Source: a virus (taxonomy: Duplodnaviria; Caudoviricetes). From it: DNA of 52,936 bases. A program made the translations under genes and the position numbers. The notes under the pieces were generated by a model. The model had not been told where the DNA came from. It saw only the letters and a list, made by a program, of their open reading frames with translations, and ran no database searches. This document shows, in pieces, positions 1-8,497 of this stretch; the stretch's first letter is position 1; each line of letters begins with the position of its first letter. Location of the stretch: the IMG/VR virus record IMGVR_UViG_3300007959_000003, positions 1-52,936 of that record, one strand, 5' to 3'.

Positions 1-170
1 CTCGGTCTGGTCCTTCACGTACTGAAGCGCGTCGCCGTTCCTCTCGACGGCCTTCAAGCAGATCGGCTCGGTCTGGTCCTTCACGTACTGAAGCGCGTCG
101 CCGTTCCTCTCGACGGCCTTCAAGCAGATCGGCTCGGTCTGGTCCTTCACGTACTGAAGCGCGTCGCCGT
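1..170. repeat. 66-bp tandem repeats (left end)
   Basis: Unit ctcggtctggtccttcacgtactgaagcgcgtcgccgttcctctcgacggccttcaagcagatcgg, about 2.5 copies. Confidence 0.95.
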
Positions 171-264
171 CTCGGGCAACCCTTTCCAAAGCCTCCTGCC
201 CTGAAAGGGTGAGCGTTGCGCTGATGCTGATTCCGAACTTTGCGAGAAACTCAATTTTCTTCAT
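1..264 (-). CDS. 5' part of DUF4116-like 22-aa tandem-repeat protein (continues across the contig break to 52575)
   Basis: ATG at 264 with AAGGAG SD; MKKIEFLAKFGISISATLTLSGQEALERVARDGDALQYVKDQTEPICLKAVERNGDALQYV... Confidence 0.85.
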   Translation of the reverse strand, partial: MKKIEFLAKFGISISATLTLSGQEALERVARDGDALQYVKDQTEPICLKAVERNGDALQYVKDQTEPICLKAVERNGDALQYVKDQTE

Positions 265-283
265 GTGATAATCTCCTTGTTAT

Positions 284-430
284 TTAATCCCGATCCCTCG
301 GGTCATACTCCTTCGTTGACGGGTCTACCCAGTAGCGGCGCCGTGGCTGATGCTTCGATGCCTTGAATGCCTCCGCGTCTTCCTGGTCCCGCCTCATTTT
401 GGTGAATTCCAGCGATTCCGGACTTCTCAC
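284..430 (-). CDS. Small hypothetical protein
   Basis: GTG at 430 overlaps the upstream TGA (GTGA coupling). Confidence 0.55.
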   Translation of the reverse strand: MRSPESLEFTKMRRDQEDAEAFKASKHQPRRRYWVDPSTKEYDPRDRD

Positions 431-588
431 CTGATCCTCCCCCCGGCCGCCCGCTCCATCACGATCTGGTCCGGCGCGCGCTCCACGTGGCCGCACTTGC
501 TGTTCATGCACTTCACCGCGAGACGATCCCGGCCATCGATCTTTGCTACCGTGTAGAAGCGGTCAGCGCCGCAACATTTGCATGTCAT
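427..588 (-). CDS. Small zinc-ribbon protein
   Basis: MTCKCCG...CMNSKCGH; GGAGG SD; ATGA coupling. Confidence 0.65.
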   Translation of the reverse strand: MTCKCCGADRFYTVAKIDGRDRLAVKCMNSKCGHVERAPDQIVMERAAGGRIR

Positions 589-725
589 GGCTGTACCTCC
601 TGCGGCTCGGTCCAGTCTTCCAAGGTCAGCCCCTCTTTGCCGCACTTGCAGCAGCGGGAAAACGAACGGGCGTATTTGTCGTACCCGATGAATCGAGTGA
701 TATGATGGCAGGCTTTCTTTTTCAC
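585..725 (-). CDS. Small Cys/His-rich protein (46 aa, not in ORF track)
   Basis: GTG start; KKKACHHITRFIGYDKYARSFSRCCKCGKEG...; coupled to neighbours at both ends. Confidence 0.6.
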   Translation of the reverse strand: MKKKACHHITRFIGYDKYARSFSRCCKCGKEGLTLEDWTEPQEVQP

Positions 726-916
726 CGGTTCGCCTCCTTCAGATAGTCCAGCATGGCCTTAGAGGTCGCCGCGCGTTCCATGTTGCTCGGCAGGGGCTGG
801 GACGCCGTGGCATAGGCGAGGCCGATCAAGATCAGCATCGTCGCCCACAGCATCAAGTTTCTCATGTGTTCCCGCCGTTCTCGCCTTATCCTGCTCGATT
901 CCCACTCTTTGCCCAT
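722..916 (-). CDS. Small single-pass membrane protein
   Basis: Hydrophobic stretch LMLWATMLILIGLAYATA; AAGGAGG SD. Confidence 0.65.
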   Translation of the reverse strand: MGKEWESSRIRRERREHMRNLMLWATMLILIGLAYATASQPLPSNMERAATSKAMLDYLKEANR

Positions 917-938
917 GACGCCCTCCTTCAATTAAATT

Positions 939-1157
939 TCAGGCTGCTTTCTTGTACTGGCTGGTCGACTCATACTTCGGAGCGTTGTTCAACCAGGCGT
1001 CGAGATCTTCCTGGCAGTACCGGACACGCCGGCCAAGCTTGCGGAATGGGACTCCTCCGCCGGACACCCGCTGGTTGCTGAGCGTCTTCGCCTTGATCTC
1101 CACCCCTTGGCTGGTGAGGTAGGCGGCGGCCTCCTCGGTGGTCAGGTACGGTCTCAT
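939..1157 (-). CDS. xis: Excisionase-like HTH DNA-binding protein
   Basis: YLTTEEAAAYL...TLSNQRVSGGGVPFRKLGRRVRYCQEDLDAWL (HTH_17/AlpA-like). Confidence 0.8.
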   Translation of the reverse strand: MRPYLTTEEAAAYLTSQGVEIKAKTLSNQRVSGGGVPFRKLGRRVRYCQEDLDAWLNNAPKYESTSQYKKAA

Positions 1158-1558
1158 GCTCGAATCTCCTTCAGGTACTTGGTCAAGATTGAAAGCTCTC
1201 GCTTGAGCTCTTCTTTTTCCGTCCGCTCTTGGTCTAGCTCCACCTCAATCGCGGACTTCAACCGGTACAGCCCGTAATTCCTTTTCAGCGCCTGCCACCG
1301 CAGGGGGATCTCGTTACCGCAGATGTCCTGCAGCTTGTCGATCAGCTCCGGCGGGAAGTGGCGGGGGTCGCCGTCGTTGTTCACCATGCGGGAGAGGTGA
1401 TCCGACTTGACGTCCAGGTCGAAGGCGATCTCTTTCATGGCCAGCCCTGAGGTCTCGATGCAAAGCCGAATCGCAGCGCGGAGATCTTTGCACCGGAGGA
1501 CTGCTGCATCAGCTACATCATCCTGTTTTATTTGAAGTCTGAGCGATCCCTGCTCCAT
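1154..1558 (-). CDS. CII-like phage regulatory protein
   Basis: KEIAFDLDVKSDHLSRMVN HTH plus CGNEIPLRW; lies directly after cro. Confidence 0.65.
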   Translation of the reverse strand: MEQGSLRLQIKQDDVADAAVLRCKDLRAAIRLCIETSGLAMKEIAFDLDVKSDHLSRMVNNDGDPRHFPPELIDKLQDICGNEIPLRWQALKRNYGLYRLKSAIEVELDQERTEKEELKRELSILTKYLKEIRA

Positions 1559-1629
1559 CCTCTTCCCCCACCGTCAACTACCGTCAGATTTGATTCCTGT
1601 GGCTTCCTGTGGCTTTTCAGGTAAAAAAA

Positions 1630-1860
1630 TTACGCCGCCTCTGCTTCGTCATCTTCTTCAACCAGACAGTCGGCCTCGCGCAGCGCATCGACCATCGCGC
1701 CGAACTTCTCACCCTGGCTGTAGGTGAGGTCGCCATTGAGGAACTTGGAGAAAGTCGTGGGCGCCAAATTGTGAGCCCTGGCGAATTTAGAAGCCGAACG
1801 CCCCGAAGCATCGAACCTGCGTTTCGTTTCCTGGTAATTTACAGCTTTCAATTTACTCAC
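1630..1860 (-). CDS. Cro-like HTH regulator
   Basis: SASKFARAHNLAPTTFSKFLNG HTH; divergent from cI. Confidence 0.75.
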   Translation of the reverse strand: MSKLKAVNYQETKRRFDASGRSASKFARAHNLAPTTFSKFLNGDLTYSQGEKFGAMVDALREADCLVEEDDEAEAA

Positions 1861-1927
1861 CTCCTCATGCTGTGATATTGTGCGATGTTAATTTCTGGTA
1901 TGTCGGATATGCACATGACGTAGGTGA

Positions 1928-1956
1928 ACAGTAGTTGATTTTATTTCAACCGTCAA
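1928..1956 (-). promoter_or_regulatory. Early lytic sigma70 promoter TTGACG-N17-TACTGT whose spacer is the palindromic operator GTTGA-N7-TCAAC (1934-1950)
   Basis: Read directly from the cI-cro intergenic sequence. Confidence 0.75.
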
Positions 1957-1984
1957 GGAATTTTTTTCATCTGGAGTGATTTTT

Positions 1985-2389
1985 ATGAAACTACTTGAAG
2001 AGGTGAAGGGTCTGTGCGGGTTTACGGAGGATCAGCAGCTGGCTGAACTGCTCAGGAAGGACAAGAGCACCATCAGCAAGTGGCGCAGCTCCGGGCAGAT
2101 CCCGCCCCGGATGGAGCGAGACCTGGGGAACCTATCGAGGGCTTTGTTTGAAGATCCAACCGAGTTGAAAAGGATTCAATCGGCTGCTGACATGGGGGAG
2201 TATTTCCAGGAGTTGGCTAAGCGGTATTCGGGAGAGGCAAAAAAACAGCCGACGCTTGAGGCGACGGCCGAGGGGTTAGGGATTCAGAGTGATGTGGTGC
2301 TGAAGATCTTTTCGAAGCTATCGGATGAGGATCAGATTAAGCACCTCCAGGCGATGCTGGCCGACTTGCCACCCCTAGAGAAGAAGTAG
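1985..2389 (+). CDS. CI-like repressor (HTH, no S24 peptidase domain)
   Basis: EDQQLAELLRKDKSTISKWRSSGQIP HTH; GGAG SD; divergent from cro. Confidence 0.75.
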   Translation: MKLLEEVKGLCGFTEDQQLAELLRKDKSTISKWRSSGQIPPRMERDLGNLSRALFEDPTELKRIQSAADMGEYFQELAKRYSGEAKKQPTLEATAEGLGIQSDVVLKIFSKLSDEDQIKHLQAMLADLPPLEKK

Positions 2390-2618
2390 CGAGGCTGGCG
2401 CCGGGCTCCAAAAGCAGGGTAAATAGGAGAACCATTTGGGCGAATGAAAGCCCAGACCTCAACACACTTCTCATCTGGTATTCTGTCTCATCTGATAGCA
2501 TAAACTCTCCTGTTGCGGGATTTGCGTGCGGTCCGAACCTACCAATTTGGCCTCTCATGAGCAATGGCGGTTTTGCCAGTTACGACGGATTATGTCACAT
2601 CATTAAAATGGAGGTCTC

Positions 2619-3026
2619 ATGCGATTTATTATCTACATATGCCTATTTATGCTCACCTCAGTTCCTAGCTCATATGCCGTAGATCTGAACTCGCCCCCAC
2701 CTTCCAAGAAAATCACGGTCAGGTCTGAAATCGAGCGCGGCGCCAATTCTGTGAAGCTATGCGTCAACCTATTATGCATGAGCAAAGCTATCCAGCGCGA
2801 GGCTACGAACAACACGGACACGGACGCCTTCAAGCTGGGCGCGAAGTTCTATGCCTGGTCGACTGCCGACATCTATGGTGACAAGGCCCTTGCCGAGGCA
2901 TACTACGGAGCGTTCAGCAAGGTGCAGACGGATTACCAGATTGGCGATAAAGCGCTCTGTGACATGGCCGGGCTGAGGCTGGAAAGCGTAGCCCCTCGGT
3001 TGTCGAAGTACCGAGCCGCGCCCTAG
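2619..3026 (+). CDS. Exported protein (lysogenic conversion or superinfection-exclusion candidate)
   Basis: Signal peptide MRFIIYICLFMLTSVPSSYA; GGAGG SD; between cI and int. Confidence 0.7.
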   Translation: MRFIIYICLFMLTSVPSSYAVDLNSPPPSKKITVRSEIERGANSVKLCVNLLCMSKAIQREATNNTDTDAFKLGAKFYAWSTADIYGDKALAEAYYGAFSKVQTDYQIGDKALCDMAGLRLESVAPRLSKYRAAP

Positions 3027-4168
3027 ACGTTGGATAGCCTCTCAACCTCCGTGCTGATCTTCTCCGACCAGGGCCGCAGTTGCTCCACCGGAATCTCTAG
3101 GTAGCTGTCCGTGATGTCAGACCGCAGCGAGTGGTTCATCAGCGCCTTGATCGTCGCCGTTGGGATCGCAAGCGATTCACAGACCGACCTGAATGTTCTC
3201 CGCAGGCCGTGCACGGTCAGATCCTTGAAGCCGAGACCCTTGAGTGTCCGAGACAGGAGCGCCACGTTGCCCCCCTTGCCCTGCCCAGCAAAGGCATAGA
3301 CCGACCCGTCTTTGAGATCCCGTCTCCGCTCCAGGATGACGCGCACCGGCCCACTCATTGGCAGCGTCAAGGTGGTTCCGTTCTTCGTGTCCGGGATGAT
3401 GAAGGTCCCCTCTCGGAAGTCCACATTCTCCCACAAGAGCCCTGCAGCCTCTTCCGATCTGAGCCCGGTGTGAAGCACCAGCGTGAAGGCGTCCCGCAGC
3501 GGATGTCTCAGGAACTGGAGCGCCTTGGTGAACTCGGAGAACTGGGAGAAGGAGAGCCGGTCGGTTTTCCGGTTGCGAGGGTTCCAGGTCTTGGTGGCCG
3601 TGAGGATGGTAGTCGGAGACGCCGGGGAGCTTTCCATCTCGGCGTGAGCAAAGGACCAGAGCCCCCCGAAGAAGACCATGGCCAAATTTGCCGAGGCCGG
3701 TCCGTTCAGATCTGAAATCTCCTTGAATCTCACCCTCACCTCCGCCTTGGTGATTTCAGAGATAGGCCGGTTCAGCCAGGGCGCCAGGTATCGCTCGACT
3801 AGGTGGGTGTAATGCTGCCGTGTCGAATCCTTGAGACTTCGGCTGCTGAGGTAGTCCCTGAAGATCATCTCGACCGTTGGACCGGATTCCGCCCGGCGCT
3901 GTTTCTCTATCCGAGGATCCACGCCACGATCGATCTCAGTGATCAGCTCTTTTGCCCGAGCGCGCGCCTTGTCCGGGGTCCATGCGCCGTAACTGCCAAT
4001 CGTGAGCGTCGCCGGCTTGCCGCCGATGGTTTTCCTGAGGATGAAAGTCTTGGCGGCCTTGCCGACCCGGAGCCCAAAGCCCTTGACTCCGGTGTCGAAA
4101 TAGTCGGTTTGCTTCTCGCTGTACGGCAGCGCGTCGATAGCCGTCTTGGTCAGGTTCAGCACTGGCAT
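3023..4168 (-). CDS. int: Tyrosine integrase with P4-type arm-binding domain
   Basis: YFDTGVKGFGLRVG arm domain; catalytic TGLRSEE, TKNG, HGLRRTF, MNH and SY residues. Confidence 0.95.
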   Translation of the reverse strand: MPVLNLTKTAIDALPYSEKQTDYFDTGVKGFGLRVGKAAKTFILRKTIGGKPATLTIGSYGAWTPDKARARAKELITEIDRGVDPRIEKQRRAESGPTVEMIFRDYLSSRSLKDSTRQHYTHLVERYLAPWLNRPISEITKAEVRVRFKEISDLNGPASANLAMVFFGGLWSFAHAEMESSPASPTTILTATKTWNPRNRKTDRLSFSQFSEFTKALQFLRHPLRDAFTLVLHTGLRSEEAAGLLWENVDFREGTFIIPDTKNGTTLTLPMSGPVRVILERRRDLKDGSVYAFAGQGKGGNVALLSRTLKGLGFKDLTVHGLRRTFRSVCESLAIPTATIKALMNHSLRSDITDSYLEIPVEQLRPWSEKISTEVERLSNV

Positions 4169-4169
4169 T

Positions 4170-4480
4170 GATCTCTCCGGAGAAAACACGAATTGCAATT
4201 TGGGCAAAAGTTCAGGATAAGTTCGGACGCAGAAGGTATACCGAGTCCGAGCGCAGGTCAAGGCGGTTTTATGATGGTCAAGAGGGGATTCAGGTTGTGC
4301 TTGAAATGGTTGAGGAAATAGCTTTGAGGGGAAATGACTGGTAGGCAGGTTCCAACGCGGGATTTAGCTGAATTGTTTTATCAGAAAACAAAACATTTCT
4401 TACAAGTGTTCATAAAGCTTAAACTATTTCCAAGGGAACTTTTAAAAAGTTCTGCATAGGTTCTCCGAGAAAAACGCACC
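4170..4480. other. Candidate attP region
   Basis: AT-rich non-coding region upstream of int, flanked by imperfect direct repeats tctccggagaaaacacg (~4174) and tctccgagaaaaacg (~4462); inverted repeat gaactttt-a-aaaagttc (~4436-4452). Confidence 0.55.
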
Positions 4481-4531
4481 CGGTTGCGACCGGCGGCGAA
4501 ACCATACCAAAAAGAGCGGCCAGGACGCAAT

Positions 4532-4560
4532 AAAAAAGGCTCCCCCGGAGAGGAGCCTTT
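4532..4560 (-). terminator. Rho-independent terminator ending the late operon
   Basis: aaaggctcc...ggagccttt hairpin followed by a T run on the minus strand. Confidence 0.8.
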
Positions 4561-4579
4561 GCCTTCTATGATCGTCCCT

Positions 4580-5014
4580 CTACACCCCAGGCTGCCCCTG
4601 GATCGGTTGAGCTGCGCTGAGCGCGCTGTTGAGCGCCATGGACACCGCCTGGAACTGGTCGAGCTTCTCCTTAGCTGCAGAGGCCTCGGCTGCCAACTGC
4701 TTGTAGCTTTCCACCGCCGTCATCACCGTGGGGGTCTCCGCTGCCGCTATCTGGACCACCTGAGTAGCAGCGTCCGCCGCCGGCGCGAGCTGCCCGGTGG
4801 TGGAGTCGGTCCCGAGTGCGTGGATGCCCGAGGTGACGAGCCCGGCCGCCATGGGCGCGCCGACGTTGATCGGGACGGCGCCGGTCGCCATGCCGTAGCA
4901 GGCCATCCCGCCGGCTGCCAGCTGTGCCACACCCTTGAGCGAGGAAACAGGATCCGCTTTCACGTTCTTCCCGAAGTTCTTAAAAAATGCCCCGATCTTC
5001 TGCCAAAAACCCAT
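4580..5014 (-). CDS. Putative membrane protein of the lysis cassette (holin-like)
   Basis: Amphipathic N-terminus, two Gly/Ala-rich hydrophobic segments, C-terminal coiled coil. Confidence 0.55.
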   Translation of the reverse strand: MGFWQKIGAFFKNFGKNVKADPVSSLKGVAQLAAGGMACYGMATGAVPINVGAPMAAGLVTSGIHALGTDSTTGQLAPAADAATQVVQIAAAETPTVMTAVESYKQLAAEASAAKEKLDQFQAVSMALNSALSAAQPIQGQPGV

Positions 5015-5573
5015 TTTGCACCTCCAGTGCCTTGATGTAGCCTGCCATGAAATGATCCTCGATCTGCAGGAGTTGGCCGTCCCCGTCGCTTAGCGTCAGC
5101 GGGTCACAGCGGTGAGAGTACATAATTGCCGGTACGCACGGTACCGGGTCATCGTCCCGGACAACCCGGGTATGGTCAAGTTGTGGCGCCCAGCTGAATC
5201 TCCAGTAGACCCGAGGGGAGCCGAAGGTGATCAGTTTGCAACCGACGTGCTCGGCAAGGAGCGTGGCAACGGCGCCGCCCAGGCTGTGCCCCGTTACCAC
5301 AAGATTCCCGCTCTTCACCGTGGGCATCCCGCCGGCGCAGAGCTTGCGGAAAGCGTCGACGAACCCGCCGTGGGCAAGGTGCCCCCCGCATGACTTCTTC
5401 GGCCAGAATCTGGCATCCCGGAGCCAGTTCTCGGCGTTCGCCGTGCCGCGGATGACGATGATGGTGGAGTCCCTATGCCAATGGACCCCATACCGGAGAT
5501 CGTCGACGTCGTACCAGTCCTGCCCCCCCGGTCCGTAGCTTTCCAGGCAGAGTTTCGCGCAGGCCTCGATCAT
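4980..5573 (-). CDS. Class 3 lipase (alpha/beta hydrolase)
   Basis: IRGT, HGGF, GHSLGG nucleophile elbow, TFGSPR, DDPVP, DH. Confidence 0.9.
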   Translation of the reverse strand: MIEACAKLCLESYGPGGQDWYDVDDLRYGVHWHRDSTIIVIRGTANAENWLRDARFWPKKSCGGHLAHGGFVDAFRKLCAGGMPTVKSGNLVVTGHSLGGAVATLLAEHVGCKLITFGSPRVYWRFSWAPQLDHTRVVRDDDPVPCVPAIMYSHRCDPLTLSDGDGQLLQIEDHFMAGYIKALEVQNGFLAEDRGIF

Positions 5574-5752
5574 GGTGACCTCCGCACAAAATGCCCAGAG
5601 ACGGTCGCCGACCATGCCGTCCTACCGGAGGCCCACACGGCGCCGTCCTCAAAGGTGCGGCCTGCTGCCACCCCCGTGTTGATGTCCTGAAGGGTGAAGG
5701 ATGCGCAGCCGGGGAGCGCCAGGACGAAGAGTAGGACTGCCCTACCTCGCAC
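5570..5752 (-). CDS. Small lipoprotein
   Basis: GTG start; RGRAVLLFVLALPGC lipobox-like signal. Confidence 0.6.
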   Translation of the reverse strand: MRGRAVLLFVLALPGCASFTLQDINTGVAAGRTFEDGAVWASGRTAWSATVSGHFVRRSP

Positions 5753-6371
5753 GGAGCGCCTCGTATTCGTGAACGGAGCGCTGCACGTTCTTTTTGATCC
5801 GGATCGCCCAGTCATCCAGGTACTGCGCCTTCTTCGGGTTGGCGTCGACGATCTGCACGTACCGGCCATGGCCGAGCCCTACCAGGTGGACGAAGAGTAG
5901 GGTCTGGTCGACCTGCTTCATCCTAGCGATGGTTCCGGGACCGATGTTGCCGTCAATCGGTATCGGCTTGAGGCCCTTGTGTAGCCCGGCATAGTTGATT
6001 GCCCGCTGAATGATTCTCGCAGCGGTCCCCTGCCCCATATTCACGGCAAAGTCGAAGTAGAGGTTGGCCACGATCTGGTTGGGCCATTCATCACAGCGGG
6101 AGGCCCCCCAGAAGTCGCGCTGGTAGATCTGCCCCGCGCGCTCGAGCGTCAGGTTGGGGATGTCTTCGTGAGGGTAGGAGGCTGCAGCGATCCCGTACTT
6201 GGTACCGACCAGCTTGCCGCCGGCATAGTTCCCGCTGTCGCCGGGGTCGTTCTGGAATCCGCCCTCGTTGCCGAAGGTATGAATGAGTGCGGGTTTGATA
6301 TCGGCCGCATAGGCCGGGTGGAGGGTAGCGGCAACGCATAGCGCGAGCGCCAGGGTGATGAGGTGCTTCAT
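5742..6371 (-). CDS. GH108 endolysin with N-terminal Sec signal peptide
   Basis: EGGFQNDPGDSG...TKYGI, FDFAVNMG, IDGNIGPGT; signal MKHLITLALALCVAATLHPAYA. Confidence 0.92.
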   Translation of the reverse strand: MKHLITLALALCVAATLHPAYAADIKPALIHTFGNEGGFQNDPGDSGNYAGGKLVGTKYGIAAASYPHEDIPNLTLERAGQIYQRDFWGASRCDEWPNQIVANLYFDFAVNMGQGTAARIIQRAINYAGLHKGLKPIPIDGNIGPGTIARMKQVDQTLLFVHLVGLGHGRYVQIVDANPKKAQYLDDWAIRIKKNVQRSVHEYEALRAR

Positions 6372-6416
6372 GGTCTCTCCTTCCCGTCTCACGACGGTAA
6401 TGGTGCGGTTTATGGG

Positions 6417-6830
6417 CTATCGGCCTCTGACAACTCGCCTGCCCCTGGACGTATAGCCTTTCAATCTCATGGGGACTTTCACGGTGACCTCTCCCGCGGC
6501 CCACGCCGACGGAAGCAGGGTCACTAGGCTGCTTTGCGACGATTCCGCCCCCTCAGGAGTTACCCCGGCCACGACCATGTAGTTGGTGACGTCGGGATTG
6601 AGCCCGTGGAGCACGATGCTCGGCTGTGAACACCCTGCTATCCAAATTGGCGAGCGGCCTTCTACTGCGTCTAACCCGGCGAATGGAGCAGTGGGGTTCG
6701 CTCCGTAGTAGACCCGATATCCCGCGCAGTTCGTCACCTCCGATCCGTAGGGGTCCCAGACCAGCGTAACGGTGCTGCCCATGGCGGGCATTGGTACCAA
6801 GAGGAGCAGTGCCAGCAGTAGGCACCTCAT
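6417..6830 (-). CDS. Exported fibronectin type III domain protein
   Basis: Signal peptide; TVTLVWDP...AGYRVYYG...GLNPDVTNY...ESSQS. Confidence 0.8.
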   Translation of the reverse strand: MRCLLLALLLLVPMPAMGSTVTLVWDPYGSEVTNCAGYRVYYGANPTAPFAGLDAVEGRSPIWIAGCSQPSIVLHGLNPDVTNYMVVAGVTPEGAESSQSSLVTLLPSAWAAGEVTVKVPMRLKGYTSRGRRVVRGR

Positions 6831-8482
6831 CCCCGAACAATTCTTTTGCCTGGAATGCGTCGGCCTGCCGCGCGTAGGCGCGGTGTAATGATGATAGTCA
6901 CCGTCGCGGACGCGCTTGCTGAGACCAATCCAAAAGCGTTTTTAGTCCAAGCAAAAGCCGTCATCACTCCGGGATAGAGGAAAGTGAAAGATGTCGGCGG
7001 AGATGATGCCCATCCTGGATCGCTTGCGCTTGGTGGCGTTGAACTTTCGGTGATCATGTACCCCACCACCCCGTCAGAGCCGGAAAAAGCGGTAACGGGG
7101 ACAACGTAACTGGTGGCATAGGCTGGCATGCTGAAGGCCGCCACTAAAGGGGTTGCTCCCACAGATACCATTCCGCTGGCAGAACCGGCTAAAGTGGCAC
7201 CGCTATATGCTGCCATCATTATGGTATTGTTGCCGGGGGCTAGCCCGCTAACCGCCATGCTCCAGGTCGTGCTGGTTGGATATGTAATTGTGCCAAACGT
7301 CGCACCGGAAATACCCTGCACTGTGAGTCCTGCACGCATCGTCCCAGTGATGGTCGCAGATGTGTCCGCTACCACTTGGCTCTGAACCTCTATCGGGTTA
7401 TCTGCAATTACAGCATCGAAGAGATTGACAAACGTCCCATTGAAATAGGCGTGGTTCAGGTCATTTCGAAGATACGTCTGCCAAGCGTAATGCAAAACTA
7501 CTCGGCCGCCGAACTCAGTTGCAGAGGCGTCCGAAAGAAAAAACCCGTCGGCTACCTTATAAGGCGGGACCAGATCTCCATTCTCGTCACGGTCGGTGGT
7601 GACCCAGTACTCGTTATTATATCCGTCCATTAAAAACGTGCTGACCGGGGCCTTCCGCCAGCCTAACCAAGAAGGAGACGGATTATCGGGCACGGGTTGG
7701 CTCAGGATTGCAGGATCCGACGTTTTCGAGTAGTAAATTTGCAGCGTGACCGAGCTGGTGCTAGTCCATTGCGCGCCGTGGTCGTTATCGTACGGAGATG
7801 GAAACGCTAAAAAAGCGTCTCGATCTGGCAGGTAGACTACAAAAGGGGCTGCGCAGTGAGGCCACACTGGCTGCAAGGACCTATTGGGAATGAAATCTAC
7901 GTAGTCGCCATCAAGATCCGCTACTCCCAACACATTGGTGAGCTTTGCGTAGCTATACTGCGTTCGGTAAAAATTGGCAACAGGCACAGATGAGTTCAAA
8001 ACCGCATCGGGTGTACAGGTTTCTTGAAAATAATGCCAGGTGTTATCCGCCGAAACAGCTACGCAGGAGTTGTAGGTGCGGTAGTCGTTAAATGCAGAAT
8101 CGGCATGGAATACCGACGCTCCGCCGTTGATGATGTTCCACGTCAACCCCAGGTCTGTGCTTTTCCAAAGATAGATGTTAGTCTGCGCTTCTGATGCTTT
8201 GGGGCTTATGTTGTAGAGCCTGCCCCGGTATTGGAAAATGAAATGGAACGATGGATTCCCTCCATTCCACACAGGGGTAGCGGTCTGCGTCCACGACTTG
8301 AAATCAGTAGAGGTATACCTGTAGATAGTGGAATTCCAGGTCTGCGCACCAAAGGCGATCCCAGACCCACCAACATTAAGCACGGTATTTTCAACCGTCT
8401 GCTGAAACCCTGGAATTGGGTTGATGGTAGTGGAGTCATCTACAAACTGGCCACCAATGTCACCGCTGTAATGCCAACTCAT
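6827..8482 (-). CDS. Putative beta-propeller/glycoside-hydrolase-like protein with Ig-like C-terminal domains
   Basis: Asp-box-like TSTDFKSW and KSTDLGLTW; C-terminal GYMITESSTPP...AWTKNAFG domain resembling Geobacter surface proteins. Confidence 0.6.
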   Translation of the reverse strand: MSWHYSGDIGGQFVDDSTTINPIPGFQQTVENTVLNVGGSGIAFGAQTWNSTIYRYTSTDFKSWTQTATPVWNGGNPSFHFIFQYRGRLYNISPKASEAQTNIYLWKSTDLGLTWNIINGGASVFHADSAFNDYRTYNSCVAVSADNTWHYFQETCTPDAVLNSSVPVANFYRTQYSYAKLTNVLGVADLDGDYVDFIPNRSLQPVWPHCAAPFVVYLPDRDAFLAFPSPYDNDHGAQWTSTSSVTLQIYYSKTSDPAILSQPVPDNPSPSWLGWRKAPVSTFLMDGYNNEYWVTTDRDENGDLVPPYKVADGFFLSDASATEFGGRVVLHYAWQTYLRNDLNHAYFNGTFVNLFDAVIADNPIEVQSQVVADTSATITGTMRAGLTVQGISGATFGTITYPTSTTWSMAVSGLAPGNNTIMMAAYSGATLAGSASGMVSVGATPLVAAFSMPAYATSYVVPVTAFSGSDGVVGYMITESSTPPSASDPGWASSPPTSFTFLYPGVMTAFAWTKNAFGLVSASASATVTIIITPRLRAAGRRIPGKRIVRG

Positions 8483-8497
8483 AATGGTAACTCCTGA

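Noticed and set aside
1571-1615. 10-bp-period direct repeats upstream of the cII-like gene (ccgtca x2, ttcctgtggc x2)
   Set aside because: Could be regulator binding sites, but they are too short and were not seen elsewhere.
2337-2564. Minus-strand 75-aa ORF between cI and the exported protein
   Set aside because: It overlaps the cI 3' end in antisense and has no clear SD or motif.
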